Positions 1-12,300 of a stretch of DNA of 64,000 nucleotides are shown here, in pieces. This DNA is from Candidatus Nealsonbacteria bacterium. Its GTDB lineage: Bacteria; Patescibacteriota; Minisyncoccia; Minisyncoccales; MHMH01. Position numbers and translations under genes: made by a program. The stretch spans positions 9,188 through 73,187 of the forward strand of contig JACPGX010000005.1 in assembly GCA_016188865.1 (NCBI GenBank). The letters run 5' to 3'. Under the pieces are notes generated by a model. It saw only the letters and a program-made list of their open reading frames with translations. It had not been told where the DNA came from and did no database searches. Positions within the stretch are counted from its first letter, which is position 1. The number at the start of each line of letters is the position of its first letter.

Positions 1-2
1 AA

Positions 3-1304
3 TTAACAGGGGTTTTATATATTCTTGACGAACCGTCGGTTGGCCTTCATCCTCGCGATCAGGGTAAATTGATTGAAACAATAAAAGAACTTAAAAATTT
101 GGGGAACAGCGTTGTGGTCGTTGAGCATGATCCTCAAACGATTAAGTCAGCCGACTGGATTGTTGATGTAGGTCCCGGCGCAGGGAAGTACGGAGGCAAC
201 ATTACTTTTGAGGGAACGCCGGCGCAGCTGATGAAAAGCCATACTCTTACCGGAGATTATTTGGCCGGTCGGAAGTCCGTTGAAGTCAAAACTACAAACT
301 ACAAACTAAAAACTAAAAACTACTTAACGATCAAGGGCGCCAAAGAGCATAATCTTAAAAATATTAATGTTAAAATTCCATTGCAGAAATTTGTTTGTAT
401 TACCGGAGTCTCGGGGTCTGGCAAGAGTTCTTTAATGAACGATATTTTAGCTAAAGCGCTTTTGAAGAAATTTTACAGAGCCAAGGAAGAGCCGGGAGAG
501 CATCAAGCTATTTTGGGTACAGAAAAAATTAACAAAGTAGTTCTGGTTGATCAGTCGCCCATTGGCAGGACTCCCAGAAGCAATCCAGCCACTTACACCA
601 GCGCTTATACATATATAAGAGATCTTTTTGCTAAAACCAAGGAAGCCAGGGCGAAAGGTTATCAAGCCGGCCGATTTTCTTTCAACGTTAAAGGCGGCAG
701 ATGCGAAACTTGCGAGGGGCAAGGCGTCAGAAAAATTGAAATGTATTTTTTGCCGGATATTTACGTTGAATGCGAAGAGTGCAAGGGCAAAAGATTTAAT
801 AAAGAAACCTTGGCAGTGGAGTATAAGGGAAAGAATATCGCAGATGTTTTAGGAATGACCCTGGAAGAAAGTCTTAAATTTTTTGAACACATTCCCGGAC
901 TTTATGAAAAATTAAAAACTTTAAACGATGTCGGTTTAGGCTATATGCAGCTGGGTCAGTCAGCTCCTTCGCTTTCTGGCGGAGAAGCCCAGCGGGTTAA
1001 GCTTGCTACCGAGCTGTCGCGTAAAGCTACCGGTAAAAGTTTATACATATTAGATGAGCCCACTACCGGCCTTCATTTCGATGATATTAAAAGGCTTGTG
1101 CAGGTTTTGCGCGGTTTGGTTGATAAAGGAAATACCGCGCTGGTCATTGAGCACAATTTAGATTTGGTTAAAAATTCCGATTGGATAATTGATTTGGGTC
1201 CAGAAGGCGGGGAGAAGGGCGGCTATCTCGTCGCCGAAGGCACCCCCAAAGAAATCGCCAAAGTAAAAAAATCCTACACTGGACAATATTTGAAGGGTGT
1301 GTGA
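3..1304 (+). CDS. uvrA: Excinuclease ABC subunit A, 5'-truncated by window edge
   Basis: Frame is open from base 3 ([19 protein letters not shown]); second ABC domain [26 protein letters not shown]; CxxC zinc finger. Confidence 0.97.
   Translation, partial: LTGVLYILDEPSVGLHPRDQGKLIETIKELKNLGNSVVVVEHDPQTIKSADWIVDVGPGAGKYGGNITFEGTPAQLMKSHTLTGDYLAGRKSVEVKTTNYKLKTKNYLTIKGAKEHNLKNINVKIPLQKFVCITGVSGSGKSSLMNDILAKALLKKFYRAKEEPGEHQAILGTEKINKVVLVDQSPIGRTPRSNPATYTSAYTYIRDLFAKTKEARAKGYQAGRFSFNVKGGRCETCEGQGVRKIEMYFLPDIYVECEECKGKRFNKETLAVEYKGKNIADVLGMTLEESLKFFEHIPGLYEKLKTLNDVGLGYMQLGQSAPSLSGGEAQRVKLATELSRKATGKSLYILDEPTTGLHFDDIKRLVQVLRGLVDKGNTALVIEHNLDLVKNSDWIIDLGPEGGEKGGYLVAEGTPKEIAKVKKSYTGQYLKGV
289..323 (+). 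repeat. 5 x heptamer AAACTA(A/C) tandem repeat inside uvrA
   Basis: aaactac aaactac aaactaa aaactaa aaactac; lies in the [12 protein letters not shown] segment. Confidence 0.85.
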
Positions 1305-1323
1305 ACCTCCAGGAGGTTCACAC
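1299..1323. repeat. REP-like perfect palindrome, left of the RAYT gene
   Basis: GTGTGAACCTCC-A-GGAGGTTCACAC; identical copy at 2063-2087. Confidence 0.92.
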
Positions 1324-1331
1324 TTAGAAAT

Positions 1332-2060
1332 ATGCCGTATAGAAATATTTTTGAAAAAGACATACCAGCTCATATAATTTCCCGATCCATAGAGGAAAGA
1401 AAAATTTTCAGTGATGAAGAAGATTGCTTTAGATTTATTTTTCAAGCTTATGCTGCCAATATTGGCAGCCCGGCTCGTACTCTTTGGCGACAAGATGTGA
1501 TAAAGTTAGCCAAAGCTATTTTAGAAGGAGAAAGAATATCCTCCAGATTTATATTAAAAGAACATGATCCACTTGTTAATTTTCTAGATTTTTCTTTAGT
1601 TGTGACTCATTACCATTTTTATTTAACGCCAAACTCTGAAAATAGCATTCCGGCATTCATAAGGAATTTCAATAATGGGTTTGCTCAATTTTTTAATCAA
1701 AAACATAACCGTAAGGGCGTTTTATTTAATGGCCCCTATCGAGCCATAATAACAAAAACTCAACTTCAGGCAGATACCGTAAGTCGATATGTCAGCGTGA
1801 TTAATACTTTAGATGTTTTTCAACCCAAATGGCGGGAGCAAGGTTTAAAAAATCCCAAAGAAGCTTTCGAATTTCTAAAAAGCTATCAATTTTCCAGTTT
1901 TCCCGACAAAATAGGGGAGCGAAAATCAAAAATTTTAGCCTCTGCGGAAATTTTAGAAAAATATCTCACCATTGGAGCTGACATAAAAACATATCAAGAA
2001 TTCGTTAAAAATTTTTTGAATGAAAGGTCGGATCTTATTCGCGAATTTTTCCTCGAATAA
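1332..2060 (+). mobile_element. REP-associated tyrosine transposase-like protein (RAYT, IS200/Y1 HUH family)
   Basis: N-terminal HIISRS...IF, HUH motif THYH, FAQFFNQKHNRKGVLF.GPY, candidate catalytic Tyr in SRYV, C-terminal YQFSS; flanked by identical palindromes. Confidence 0.85.
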
Positions 2061-2062
2061 AA

Positions 2063-2087
2063 GTGTGAACCTCCAGGAGGTTCACAC
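2063..2087. repeat. REP-like perfect palindrome, right of the RAYT gene
   Basis: Identical to 1299-1323. Confidence 0.92.
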
Positions 2088-2096
2088 ACATCATGA

Positions 2097-2128
2097 AAAT
2101 AGCCTTGCGGATTTCCGCAAGGCTATTT
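2097..2128. terminator. Bidirectional intrinsic terminator
   Basis: aaatagccttgcgg-attt-ccgcaaggctattt between convergent genes. Confidence 0.8.
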
Positions 2129-2146
2129 ATGTTTGATTCTGTTCTG

Positions 2147-3070
2147 TTATTTTTCTTTAAGAAAATCAGTAATGTATCTCACGGGAACTGCAAAACCGAA
2201 ACCGGATCCTTCAAACGATCCATTGACCATGCCGATCACTTCCCCTGCCCTGTTTAAAACAGCTCCGCCGGAGTTTCCTCTGTAAATCGAGGCGTCAAAT
2301 TGAGTGAACTTGACCGAGGGGAAAAAACCGTCAAAGCTTCGGTTGAAGCCGCTTATAATTCCGGCGCTGATCGAACTTTCCAATCCGTTGGGAGTTCCTA
2401 CTATTATCACGGGTTCGCCGACGGAAAGGTTTCTGGCATTCGCCGGCTTCAACGGTTCAGCCAGCGGTTCCTCTAGCTCGATTAGGGCTAAATCCCACTC
2501 CGGCTTCACTTTCACGATCTTGCCAGGAAGGCTTCTTGGCCAGAATACTCCGCCTACATTAGGCGGTTTGACCCAGACAATATCGCCAGGTTCTCCGTGC
2601 ACGATATGATATGCGGTAACAACAAGATTGCCGCCTCCAAAGACGAAACCCGCTCCGGTTAAATCAGCATAGACGGTGACCAGAGCTTTGCTGGTTTTAT
2701 TGTAGATTTCGCTAGGGTTAAAGAGGTTGTTTCCCAGTTTGGTCATATTTCCGGCAAGACCATCTTGGTCGGCCTGGAGCATACCGATTTTATTAGAGAG
2801 TTCTCTCAGAGCGCCAGAAAGTTCTGTCACATTGCCGGCCAAAGAGTTATAAGCCTTTTGCCTTAATCTGGTTTCTTCAAGGATGTCTTTTTGAGCCAGC
2901 AAAAGATCCTGCGTGAGCGCAGTTTTTTCTTCCGCTAGCGCAAAAAGCTTTTTCTCCAACAAGGAGTTTTCCCTGCCCAGATATTTTAGGGTCAGATTAG
3001 TATGGATTGATAAACCTGCCAAGGCAATAATCAAGACCATCGTTACTACAATTACCAGATTATTTTTCAA
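2147..3070 (-). CDS. Membrane-anchored trypsin-like (S1C/HtrA-like, no PDZ) serine protease with coiled-coil stalk
   Basis: N-terminal TM segment; TAYH, DLAL and GNSGG catalytic-triad motifs; TTG start with AGGAGGAG SD. Confidence 0.88.
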   Translation of the reverse strand: MKNNLVIVVTMVLIIALAGLSIHTNLTLKYLGRENSLLEKKLFALAEEKTALTQDLLLAQKDILEETRLRQKAYNSLAGNVTELSGALRELSNKIGMLQADQDGLAGNMTKLGNNLFNPSEIYNKTSKALVTVYADLTGAGFVFGGGNLVVTAYHIVHGEPGDIVWVKPPNVGGVFWPRSLPGKIVKVKPEWDLALIELEEPLAEPLKPANARNLSVGEPVIIVGTPNGLESSISAGIISGFNRSFDGFFPSVKFTQFDASIYRGNSGGAVLNRAGEVIGMVNGSFEGSGFGFAVPVRYITDFLKEK

Positions 3071-3201
3071 CGTACTCCTCCTTTATTTTTATATTGTAAT
3101 TATACATCGAAATTAAATTTTTGTCAATATGGACAATGTTTGGAAGGCATTTTAAACTAAAAAAGTTCCTTAATATCTAAAAGCGAGAGAGGAGGGGAAG
3201 T

Positions 3202-3888
3202 ATGTATAGTTTTGCTGATTACAAGGCGCATTATGAAGATTGCGAGAAATCCCTGCGCATCATAAAAAGCATCATCAAGCAAAACAAATTAAAAGAAATT
3301 ACGCTCTCCCCGGAAATAAAAAAATCGAGAGAATACTTAATTAGTCTTTTTGCTAAGCCGGAGCTTAATGGAATCTGTAAAAATTGCCGGGGAGATTGTT
3401 GCGTAACCAGCAATTTTTGCTTAAGGCCGTTTGAGCTTTTCTGTTTTTGTATCGAGAATCCAGATTTTGAATTTCCCCAGCCAGACTGGCGATTTCTAGA
3501 TGAGGAGCTAAAGCGCAATAAACTGCTTATCAATAATCACTGTCTTTTTTTGGACAGCCATGGCTGCCTCTTGAATGAGCACAGGCCGGCAATTTGTTTG
3601 CTTTTTTATGATTGCGATCTTAGTTTTAGGCCGGATAATCTAAAGGCTAAATTGAAAGAAGTTCTTTCCGCGCAAGAAATGGAGAGAATATTTTTTCTGC
3701 AAACCAAGAAATATGTAATAGCAAGAGAATCCTTCTGCAACGACCTTCTTCGGTCGGCCGGTATATCAAAAAATTCCTTATTAGCTGTTGAAATAAAAGG
3801 AACCATTACCAGCGGCGTTATTGGCTACAAGACATCTCTTTCAAGTTTGGAAAAATTATCAGATCTTTATAAAAATAAAAGCCCTTGA
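3202..3888 (+). CDS. Cys-rich protein, CxxCxxxCC (YkgJ-like zinc/Fe-S-chelating) family
   Basis: CKNCRGDCC...CLFL...GCLL...RPAIC pattern; GAGGAGG SD. Confidence 0.6.
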   Translation: MYSFADYKAHYEDCEKSLRIIKSIIKQNKLKEITLSPEIKKSREYLISLFAKPELNGICKNCRGDCCVTSNFCLRPFELFCFCIENPDFEFPQPDWRFLDEELKRNKLLINNHCLFLDSHGCLLNEHRPAICLLFYDCDLSFRPDNLKAKLKEVLSAQEMERIFFLQTKKYVIARESFCNDLLRSAGISKNSLLAVEIKGTITSGVIGYKTSLSSLEKLSDLYKNKSP

Positions 3889-3912
3889 CAGGGCTTTTGG
3901 GTTGAGTAATAT
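3877..3912 (+). promoter_or_regulatory. sigma70 promoter of groES; the -35 box overlaps the loop of the upstream terminator hairpin
   Basis: aaaagccct-tgac-agggctttt hairpin contains TTGACA (3885-3890); TAATAT at 3907-3912. Confidence 0.6.
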
Positions 3913-3917
3913 AACAA

Positions 3918-3944
3918 TTAGCACTCGGAGGTCGCAATTGCTAA
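3918..3944 (+). promoter_or_regulatory. CIRCE element (HrcA operator)
   Basis: TTAGCACTC-N9-AATTGCTAA versus consensus TTAGCACTC-N9-GAGTGCTAA, directly upstream of groES. Confidence 0.85.
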
Positions 3945-3966
3945 TTATAATTATTAATTTATCAAT

Positions 3967-4257
3967 ATGCATATTAAACCACTATCAGATCATATTTTAA
4001 TAGAACCGATAAAGGAAGAGGAAAAAACAAAATCCGGCATTTTGCTGCCAGAAACCGCGGAAAAAGAAAAGCCGGAACAGGGGAAAGTTATTTCCGTGGG
4101 CCCCGGGAAAAAAGATAAAACCGGCAAATTCATTACTCTGGAAGTAAAAGCGGGAGACAGGGTTTTATTTACCAAATACGGGCCAAACGAAATTAAAGTC
4201 GATGATAAAGAATATTTAATCGCTAAGGAAGAAGATATCTTAGCAATTTTAGAATAA
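3967..4257 (+). CDS. groES: Co-chaperonin GroES
   Basis: IKPLSD...TKSGILLPETAEKEKP...VGPG. Confidence 0.98.
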   Translation: MHIKPLSDHILIEPIKEEEKTKSGILLPETAEKEKPEQGKVISVGPGKKDKTGKFITLEVKAGDRVLFTKYGPNEIKVDDKEYLIAKEEDILAILE

Positions 4258-4272
4258 AAAATAATTCATTCT

Positions 4273-6063
<1,791 letters not shown>

Positions 6064-6067
6064 ACTG

Positions 6068-6100
6068 AAAACTCCCTCCTTGTTTTGGAGGGAGTTTTTT
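6068..6100 (+). terminator. Intrinsic terminator after groEL
   Basis: actccctcc-N7-ggagggagt followed by a T run. Confidence 0.8.
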
Positions 6101-6114
6101 GTTATAATTAAAAT

Positions 6115-6666
6115 ATGAGCATAACTACAATCGTTTTAATAGTTCTTGTGGCAACAGTTCTTTGGTTAATTTTAACCTTTAATCGTTTTGTCGCCTTGCG
6201 CAACAGGGCAAAAGAAGCCTGGTCGGATATCGATGTTCAGTTAAAGAGGCGATATGATTTAATTCCTAATTTAGTGGAAACGGTTAAGGGATATGCCAGT
6301 CACGAGAGAGAACTTTTAGAGAAAGTTACTCGGGCAAGAACCGCGGCGATGGGGGCGCAAACCGTAGCCGAGCACGCTCAAGCTGAAAATATGCTTTCCG
6401 CGACCTTAAAATCGCTTTTCGCTGTTTCGGAAAATTATCCTGATTTAAAGGCTTCGGTTAATTTTCTTGAACTTCAGCGTGAGCTGAGAGATACCGAAGA
6501 TAAAATTCAGGCAGCAAGAAGATTCTATAATATGAATGTCCGGGACTTGAATATTAAAACAGAAAGTTTTCCGGATAGTTTCATCGCTAAATCCTTCGGT
6601 TTTAAACCGATGGAATTTTTTGGAGCAGATAGCGATGCCAGGGAGCCGGTAGCCGTTAAGTTTTAA
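6115..6666 (+). CDS. lemA: LemA family protein
   Basis: AWSDIDVQLKRRYDLIPNLVETVKGYA; ENYPDLKAS.NFLELQ. Confidence 0.95.
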   Translation: MSITTIVLIVLVATVLWLILTFNRFVALRNRAKEAWSDIDVQLKRRYDLIPNLVETVKGYASHERELLEKVTRARTAAMGAQTVAEHAQAENMLSATLKSLFAVSENYPDLKASVNFLELQRELRDTEDKIQAARRFYNMNVRDLNIKTESFPDSFIAKSFGFKPMEFFGADSDAREPVAVKF

Positions 6667-6674
6667 TTTTCCAA

Positions 6675-7580
6675 ATGAATATTTACGCTCAAGCCGATTC
6701 GAATATCCGCAAGACTTGGCTTTATCTGACATTTTTTTTCGTCTTGATAATTGCTCTCGGCTGGCTGGTTTCCTATTACGCAGAAAGTCCGGTTATTCTC
6801 TGGTTTGCCGTGATTTTCAGCTCTTTCACTAGTTTTTTGAGCTATTGGTTTTCCGATAAAGTCGTTTTAGCTTTGAACCATGCCAAGCCAGTTGAGAAAA
6901 AAGACAATCCCGAACTTTACAGGACAGTTGAAAATCTTTGCATTACGGCCGGACTTCCTTTGCCGAAAATTTACATTATCAATGAAGACCAGCCCAATGC
7001 TTTTGCCACCGGAAGAGATCCTAAACATGCGGTTGTGGCCGTTACCCGCGGTCTGCTTGGGAAATTGGAAAAAGTTGAGCTGGAGGGGGTTATTGCTCAC
7101 GAGCTTTCCCACATTGGAAATAGGGACATGCTTTTGCAGGCAATGATAGTTGTTTTGGTGGGGATAGCGACAATTATGGTTGATTTCTTTTTTAGGGTAA
7201 GTTTTCACGGCGGGTTTAGGCGCCGCGATGATCGAGACGATGGGAAAGCGCAAATATTAACGTTGGCTCTGTCTATTGCGGCGGCTGTCTTGGCCCTAAT
7301 ATTTTCTCAGCTAATTAAATTTGCTATTTCCAGAAAACGGGAATTTTTGGCCGATGCTTCCGGCGCTCTTTTGACGAGGTATCCCGAAGGATTAGCTAGG
7401 GCCCTTGAAAAGATTTCAGCAGATCCGTGTGAGCTTAAGTCCGCTTCCGATGCCACCAGCCACCTTTATATTGCCAATCCCTTCCGCGGTAAAGAAAGCA
7501 TTTCGTGGTTGCATAAATTATTTATGACCCACCCGCCGATTGGAGAAAGAGTAAAGGCGCTTAGAGATTTAAAAATTTAA
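6675..7580 (+). CDS. htpX: Zinc metalloprotease HtpX (M48)
   Basis: PNAFATGRDP, HELSH, SRKREFLAD, THPP; typical lemA-htpX pairing. Confidence 0.92.
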   Translation: MNIYAQADSNIRKTWLYLTFFFVLIIALGWLVSYYAESPVILWFAVIFSSFTSFLSYWFSDKVVLALNHAKPVEKKDNPELYRTVENLCITAGLPLPKIYIINEDQPNAFATGRDPKHAVVAVTRGLLGKLEKVELEGVIAHELSHIGNRDMLLQAMIVVLVGIATIMVDFFFRVSFHGGFRRRDDRDDGKAQILTLALSIAAAVLALIFSQLIKFAISRKREFLADASGALLTRYPEGLARALEKISADPCELKSASDATSHLYIANPFRGKESISWLHKLFMTHPPIGERVKALRDLKI

Positions 7581-7588
7581 TATAATAT

Positions 7589-8119
7589 ATGCTTTGTCCC
7601 ACTGATAAAATAAAATTAAATAAAGCAGTATTATCTGGCATTGAGGTGGATTACTGCCCAAAGTGCCTCGGGCTTTGGTTTGAAGAAGAAGAATTAAGAT
7701 TAGCCAAAGATTATAAAGATAAAAATTTAAGCTGGCTGGATATTGATTTATGGGAAGACGAAAAAAAGTTTAAAATTTCCCCAAGCCGAAAACTATGTCC
7801 TTCCGATAGAATGCCTCTTTACGAGGTAGAATACGCCGATTCCGGTATTAGGGTTGATGTTTGCGGTCTTGACCATGGCATTTGGCTGGATAGGGGAGAG
7901 TTTAAGAAAATTATCCAGTATTTAAAGGAGAAAGCCGACGGGGAAGTTTTAAATAATTATTTAAAAAATCTTCGAGAAGAATTATGGGAAGTATTTTCCG
8001 GCCCTGAAGATTTGAAAGAAGAAATCGGCGACTTCCTTGCAATTTTAAAGCTTTTCGCTTATAAATTTACTGTCCAGCATCCGGCAATTGCCAAGATAAT
8101 TTCCGGATTACCTCGCTAG
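7589..8119 (+). CDS. Double zf-TFIIB-type zinc-ribbon protein
   Basis: Two repeats of CP...(E/R)VD.C...G(L/I)W(F/L). Confidence 0.75.
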   Translation: MLCPTDKIKLNKAVLSGIEVDYCPKCLGLWFEEEELRLAKDYKDKNLSWLDIDLWEDEKKFKISPSRKLCPSDRMPLYEVEYADSGIRVDVCGLDHGIWLDRGEFKKIIQYLKEKADGEVLNNYLKNLREELWEVFSGPEDLKEEIGDFLAILKLFAYKFTVQHPAIAKIISGLPR

Positions 8120-8178
8120 GCCTTGACGCTAACCTTATATTTTACTAGAATGATTGTAATACAATTTATTACAAATAT

Positions 8179-8397
8179 ATGCGTACAATAATTAATATTT
8201 CTTTACCCGAGATGCTTAATCGGGAAATTGAAAAAGCAATGCGAAGGGGGAGATATTCCACTAAAAGCGAGTTTTTAAGAGAGCTTGTCCGAGAAAAGCT
8301 GGAAGAAGAGGATATCGCCGCGCAAATTAAAAAAAGCGAAGCAGAGTTTCGCGCTGGCAAAGGCAAAATACTTCATTCGCTGAAAGATTTGCGCTAA
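8179..8397 (+). CDS. Ribbon-helix-helix (CopG-like) antitoxin
   Basis: INISLP...YSTKSEFLRELVR; directly upstream of a RelE-like toxin. Confidence 0.8.
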   Translation: MRTIINISLPEMLNREIEKAMRRGRYSTKSEFLRELVREKLEEEDIAAQIKKSEAEFRAGKGKILHSLKDLR

Positions 8398-8403
8398 TTT
8401 TTT

Positions 8404-8667
8404 ATGCGGATTTTATATTCGCCAGAATTTGCGAGGAGGTATAAAAAGCTTTCCATTGAAGTTCAGAAAAAAACCGAAGACAAAGAGATTGTTTTTCGCA
8501 ATAACCCTTTTGACTCGCGGCTTAACACTCATAAACTGCACGGCAACTTAAGTGATTTTTGGGCATTTTCAGTTGATCAGCGTTATAGGATTATTTTTGC
8601 ATTTGCGGAAAGGGGGGTGGCAAAATTTTACGCCATTGGGGATCATTCTTTATATAACAAAACGTAA
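8404..8667 (+). CDS. RelE/YafQ-family mRNA interferase toxin
   Basis: F.RRYKKL...NPFD..L.THKLHG.L...WAFSV...YRIIF...IGDH. Confidence 0.85.
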   Translation: MRILYSPEFARRYKKLSIEVQKKTEDKEIVFRNNPFDSRLNTHKLHGNLSDFWAFSVDQRYRIIFAFAERGVAKFYAIGDHSLYNKT

Positions 8668-8669
8668 TT

Positions 8670-8754
8670 GGAGGGGTCGCATAGTGGCCTAGTGCGTCCG
8701 CTTGGAGAGCGGATATACCGCAAGGTATCGCGAGTTCAAATCTCGCCCCCTCCG
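8670..8754 (+). tRNA. tRNA-Ser(GGA)
   Basis: Acceptor GGAGGGG/CCCCTCC, anticodon arm TCCGC-TTGGAGA-GCGGA, long variable arm, T-arm GCGAG-TTCAAAT-CTCGC. Confidence 0.96.
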
Positions 8755-8793
8755 CCTTGACAAGAGAGTGAAACGTTTTAAGATAAAAATATT

Positions 8794-9348
8794 ATGATTA
8801 AAAAAATAGTTTTGGCGGTTGTGGTTTTGGGCCTTTCAGCCGGAGGTTTTTTTTATTGGTGGAATAACCAAGCTGATGTAAGGGGGTTAAATAAGACTTT
8901 GCCCGATGGCGTGAGAGTTGTAAAAAGTTTATATGGCAACGAATATAAAGTCATCAACAAAATCGACGGCTACGAGTTTAAGGTGCCGCGGGAGTGGAGG
9001 GGAATAAATGAAGTTGCGTATATTCCAGAGAGGGGAGAAGAAGGGTACACATTGTCTAGTATTGAATTAGAAGGCAGAGAAGAAAGTAGCAGAATCGTAG
9101 TTATGAATCGTTTTGAAGGAAATGATGAAATTTTAAGGATTTGGGTAGAGAAAAACTTTAAAACTTTCGGTTTAGTCGGAAATTTTAATGAAGATAAGGT
9201 GGGAGAACTTGATATAGTAAAGATACAAGAGAACGTACATTTGGGTGGTATGTATGTATATTTTTTCAAAAAAGATTCGTCAATTTACTCCATAACTAAC
9301 GGTTCAGAAGAATTTATTAAATATATTATTATTAATGGTAAATGGTAA
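8794..9348 (+). CDS. Membrane-anchored hypothetical protein (PsbP-like GYEFKVPxxW motif)
   Basis: N-terminal TM segment, 184-aa ORF. Confidence 0.6.
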   Translation: MIKKIVLAVVVLGLSAGGFFYWWNNQADVRGLNKTLPDGVRVVKSLYGNEYKVINKIDGYEFKVPREWRGINEVAYIPERGEEGYTLSSIELEGREESSRIVVMNRFEGNDEILRIWVEKNFKTFGLVGNFNEDKVGELDIVKIQENVHLGGMYVYFFKKDSSIYSITNGSEEFIKYIIINGKW

Positions 9349-12300
9349 TTTTTCAACTGAATTTCTAAATAAAAAGTTGGGAACGTTTTTAGCAGTGATT
9401 ACAATATTTGTAATCACTGTTTTGTTTACAGGCAATTCAGTTTTTGCGGCAAAAATGAAAATCAGCGAGCAGGAAGTTGAGAGAATCAAAACAGCCCTAG
9501 GCTTTGTTAGCACTGTTTCAAATATCGGAAGCATTATTCTTGATGGAGGAAATCTTACAACCATTTTAAATACAGCTATCAGCGGCGGGCGAACAGCTAC
9601 TGATGCTACCTACGGCCTGCTTGTTTTGAGCGCGATTAATGAGATGGAATTTATGGATTTGGTGCTTTCGCAGGAATATAAAGATATAGCAATAAATTAT
9701 TTCACAAAAGTTTTAGATGAAAGAACTAATTTACGTTCTTATTGGAAGGGAGTTGGTTTTGATATGCCGAGAGTAGTAGCGGGAACTATTAATAGTCCGA
9801 TAGGAGCTCTAACTTTAAATACTTTTGAAATGACCGATAAGGTTATTTCAATACTTACAGCTTTTAATAATTTGCAAACAGGAATAAGATACGACGGCTT
9901 GTGGTATTATTTTGATTTTAGGAGGGGTGGCGATTCACACGAGGAAGCGTGGGCATTAGTGGAAGAGCAAATGGGCTGGGCGGCAAAGCCAAATCCTTTT
10001 ATGCCTCAAAAATTAACAAAAAATAATTATCCTCAACTCGAGCAGCAATTTGCCGCTCTTTGGTATAAATATGGTCCCCACGTTACATCCCAAGGCCTTA
10101 GCCAAAAGTACAAAGAGCAAGTTAAAAGCGATTTGCGCCAAACTTTAGCCACCGCCATAGAAGAAAATACACGGGTGCAACCCGTGTATGTCAAGGAGGT
10201 GTCGGCTTGGGATAAGCTTTTGGCCCAGCTGGAAAAAATAAAAAATAATTTGATCAAACTAACTTCTCGGATTTGGTATTTTGCAGCCGGCCCCATAGTC
10301 AAGCTCGAAAAGAATATTGTTAACACTGACGCAACCTCCAAGGTTGATGAAGAAACCTCGGATATTGAAGCGCCAGAGATTAATGTGCCAGAGTTTATCC
10401 TTGAATCTACTGAAATCGCGGATAACGGACTCCCGCAAGCTCCGCAAGCTGAAGAGGCGGAGAAAATAATGGATATCGGATATCCATTAACTCATCCATT
10501 AATTGTAGAGGTTGAACCTCCCTCCGTTGTGGTTCAACCTTCTTTGCCTGAACTTCAGTTATGCGAGAGGGGACTAGCGGGTGCGGCTAGGCAATATCGC
10601 GCGCTTATTAACGAAGTAGCTTGGATGGGTGATAAAGAATCCACCAGCAACGAATGGATAGAGTTGAAAAATATCTTTGGCTTGCCATTAAATCTTCAGG
10701 GATGGCAGATGCAGGATAAAGATCAGCAGATTAAAAAAAATTTTAGCGCAGAAGATATTATTCCAGTTAATGGCTATATTCTTTTGCAACGCACTAAAGA
10801 TTATTCGGGCGCTTTAAATAACACCGATGAAGCTCTTTATCTTTTTGACAATAACTGTCAATTAGAAGACGAAGTTTTAGCAAATTTTGATTGGCCAGCT
10901 GGCAACAACGTTGAGAAAAAACCAATGCAAAGATATGATGGTTTGTATTGGTACACCCAAGAAGCAACTCCCGGAGCAGAAAACCTTGCTCCTCTTTCGC
11001 CAATTTACAGCAGCGGCGCAACTCCCGCGTCAACTCCCGCACCCCAGCCCTCTGCACCTTCAAATTTGCCATCATTTACAGTATTAATTAACGAAATTGC
11101 TTGGTCGGGCACTAAAGCCAATTCAGCTGACGAATGGCTTGAGCTTTACAACACCACTAATTCAACCATTGATTTAGTCGGCTGGACATTAAAAGCCGCA
11201 GATGATGCTCCTTCCCTCACTTTTTCAACATCAAGTATTCCAGCCAAGGGATATTTTCTTTTGGAAAGAACCGATGATACAACGGTCAACGATATTTCAG
11301 CCGATTTTATTTATACTGGAGCTTTAGGCAATGATGGCGAGAAATTGGAATTAAGAGATGCTGGCGGAAATTTAATTGATTTTATTGATAATTCGTCCGG
11401 CTGGGCTGCCGGCCAAGCTTCGCCCAACTATATTTCCATGGAAAGAGTGAATTCTTCAACTTGGGCCGGCAATAATCGCATTAGCCGCAATGGCTTAGAT
11501 GCTGACGGCAATCAAATCAATGGCACGCCAAGAGCAGAAAACAGCGTTTCTAAATCTTCCACGCAGATCCCTTCTAATTTTACCATTACCGAAGACTTAA
11601 CCCTGACTTATTTGGGCAGTCCTTATTTAGTGGAAGGGTCTTTTTTTGTTTCGGGCGCTAAGCTGACAATTGAGCCCGGCGTAACAGTCAAATTCAAACA
11701 CGTTGGCTCTAATAATCAAAATGCTTTGCTGAAAGTAGAAGATGGCACCTTAGAAGCTGTAGGAACAGCCAGCCAAAAAATTACTTTTACTTCTTCCATC
11801 ACCCAACCAGCTGCTGGCGACTGGGACGGGCTTTATCTTAAAAATTCCAACTCGACTATAAATAATGCGGTTATCAACTACGGCGGCAAACTGCACCAGC
11901 CATGTTGTTATGAATGGACTCCTTACACTTTCGGAGCCGTTTACATAGACGGAGGCAACGCCCAAATTATCAATTCTTTAATTGAAAAGAGCGGTACTTT
12001 CGGCTTGTGGCTTAAAAATTCCACTACCACGCAAATTGCCAGCAGTGAATTTAAAGATAATCAAGGAGCCGACTATAACGGCAAGGCAGCAGCTGTGCTG
12101 ATTGAAAATAGCAATCCCACCATTAAAGATTCGATCTTTTCAGGCAATACAGTCGGCATTTTGGCGGAGAATTATTCTTCCCCCGCCGTAAGAGACAACC
12201 AATTTATTCAAAATACCACGCCAATTCAAATTACCAGCCTTTTAACCGACATTAGCGGCAACACTTTTCAGAATAATAATATTGACGGAGTTTTGGTGGC

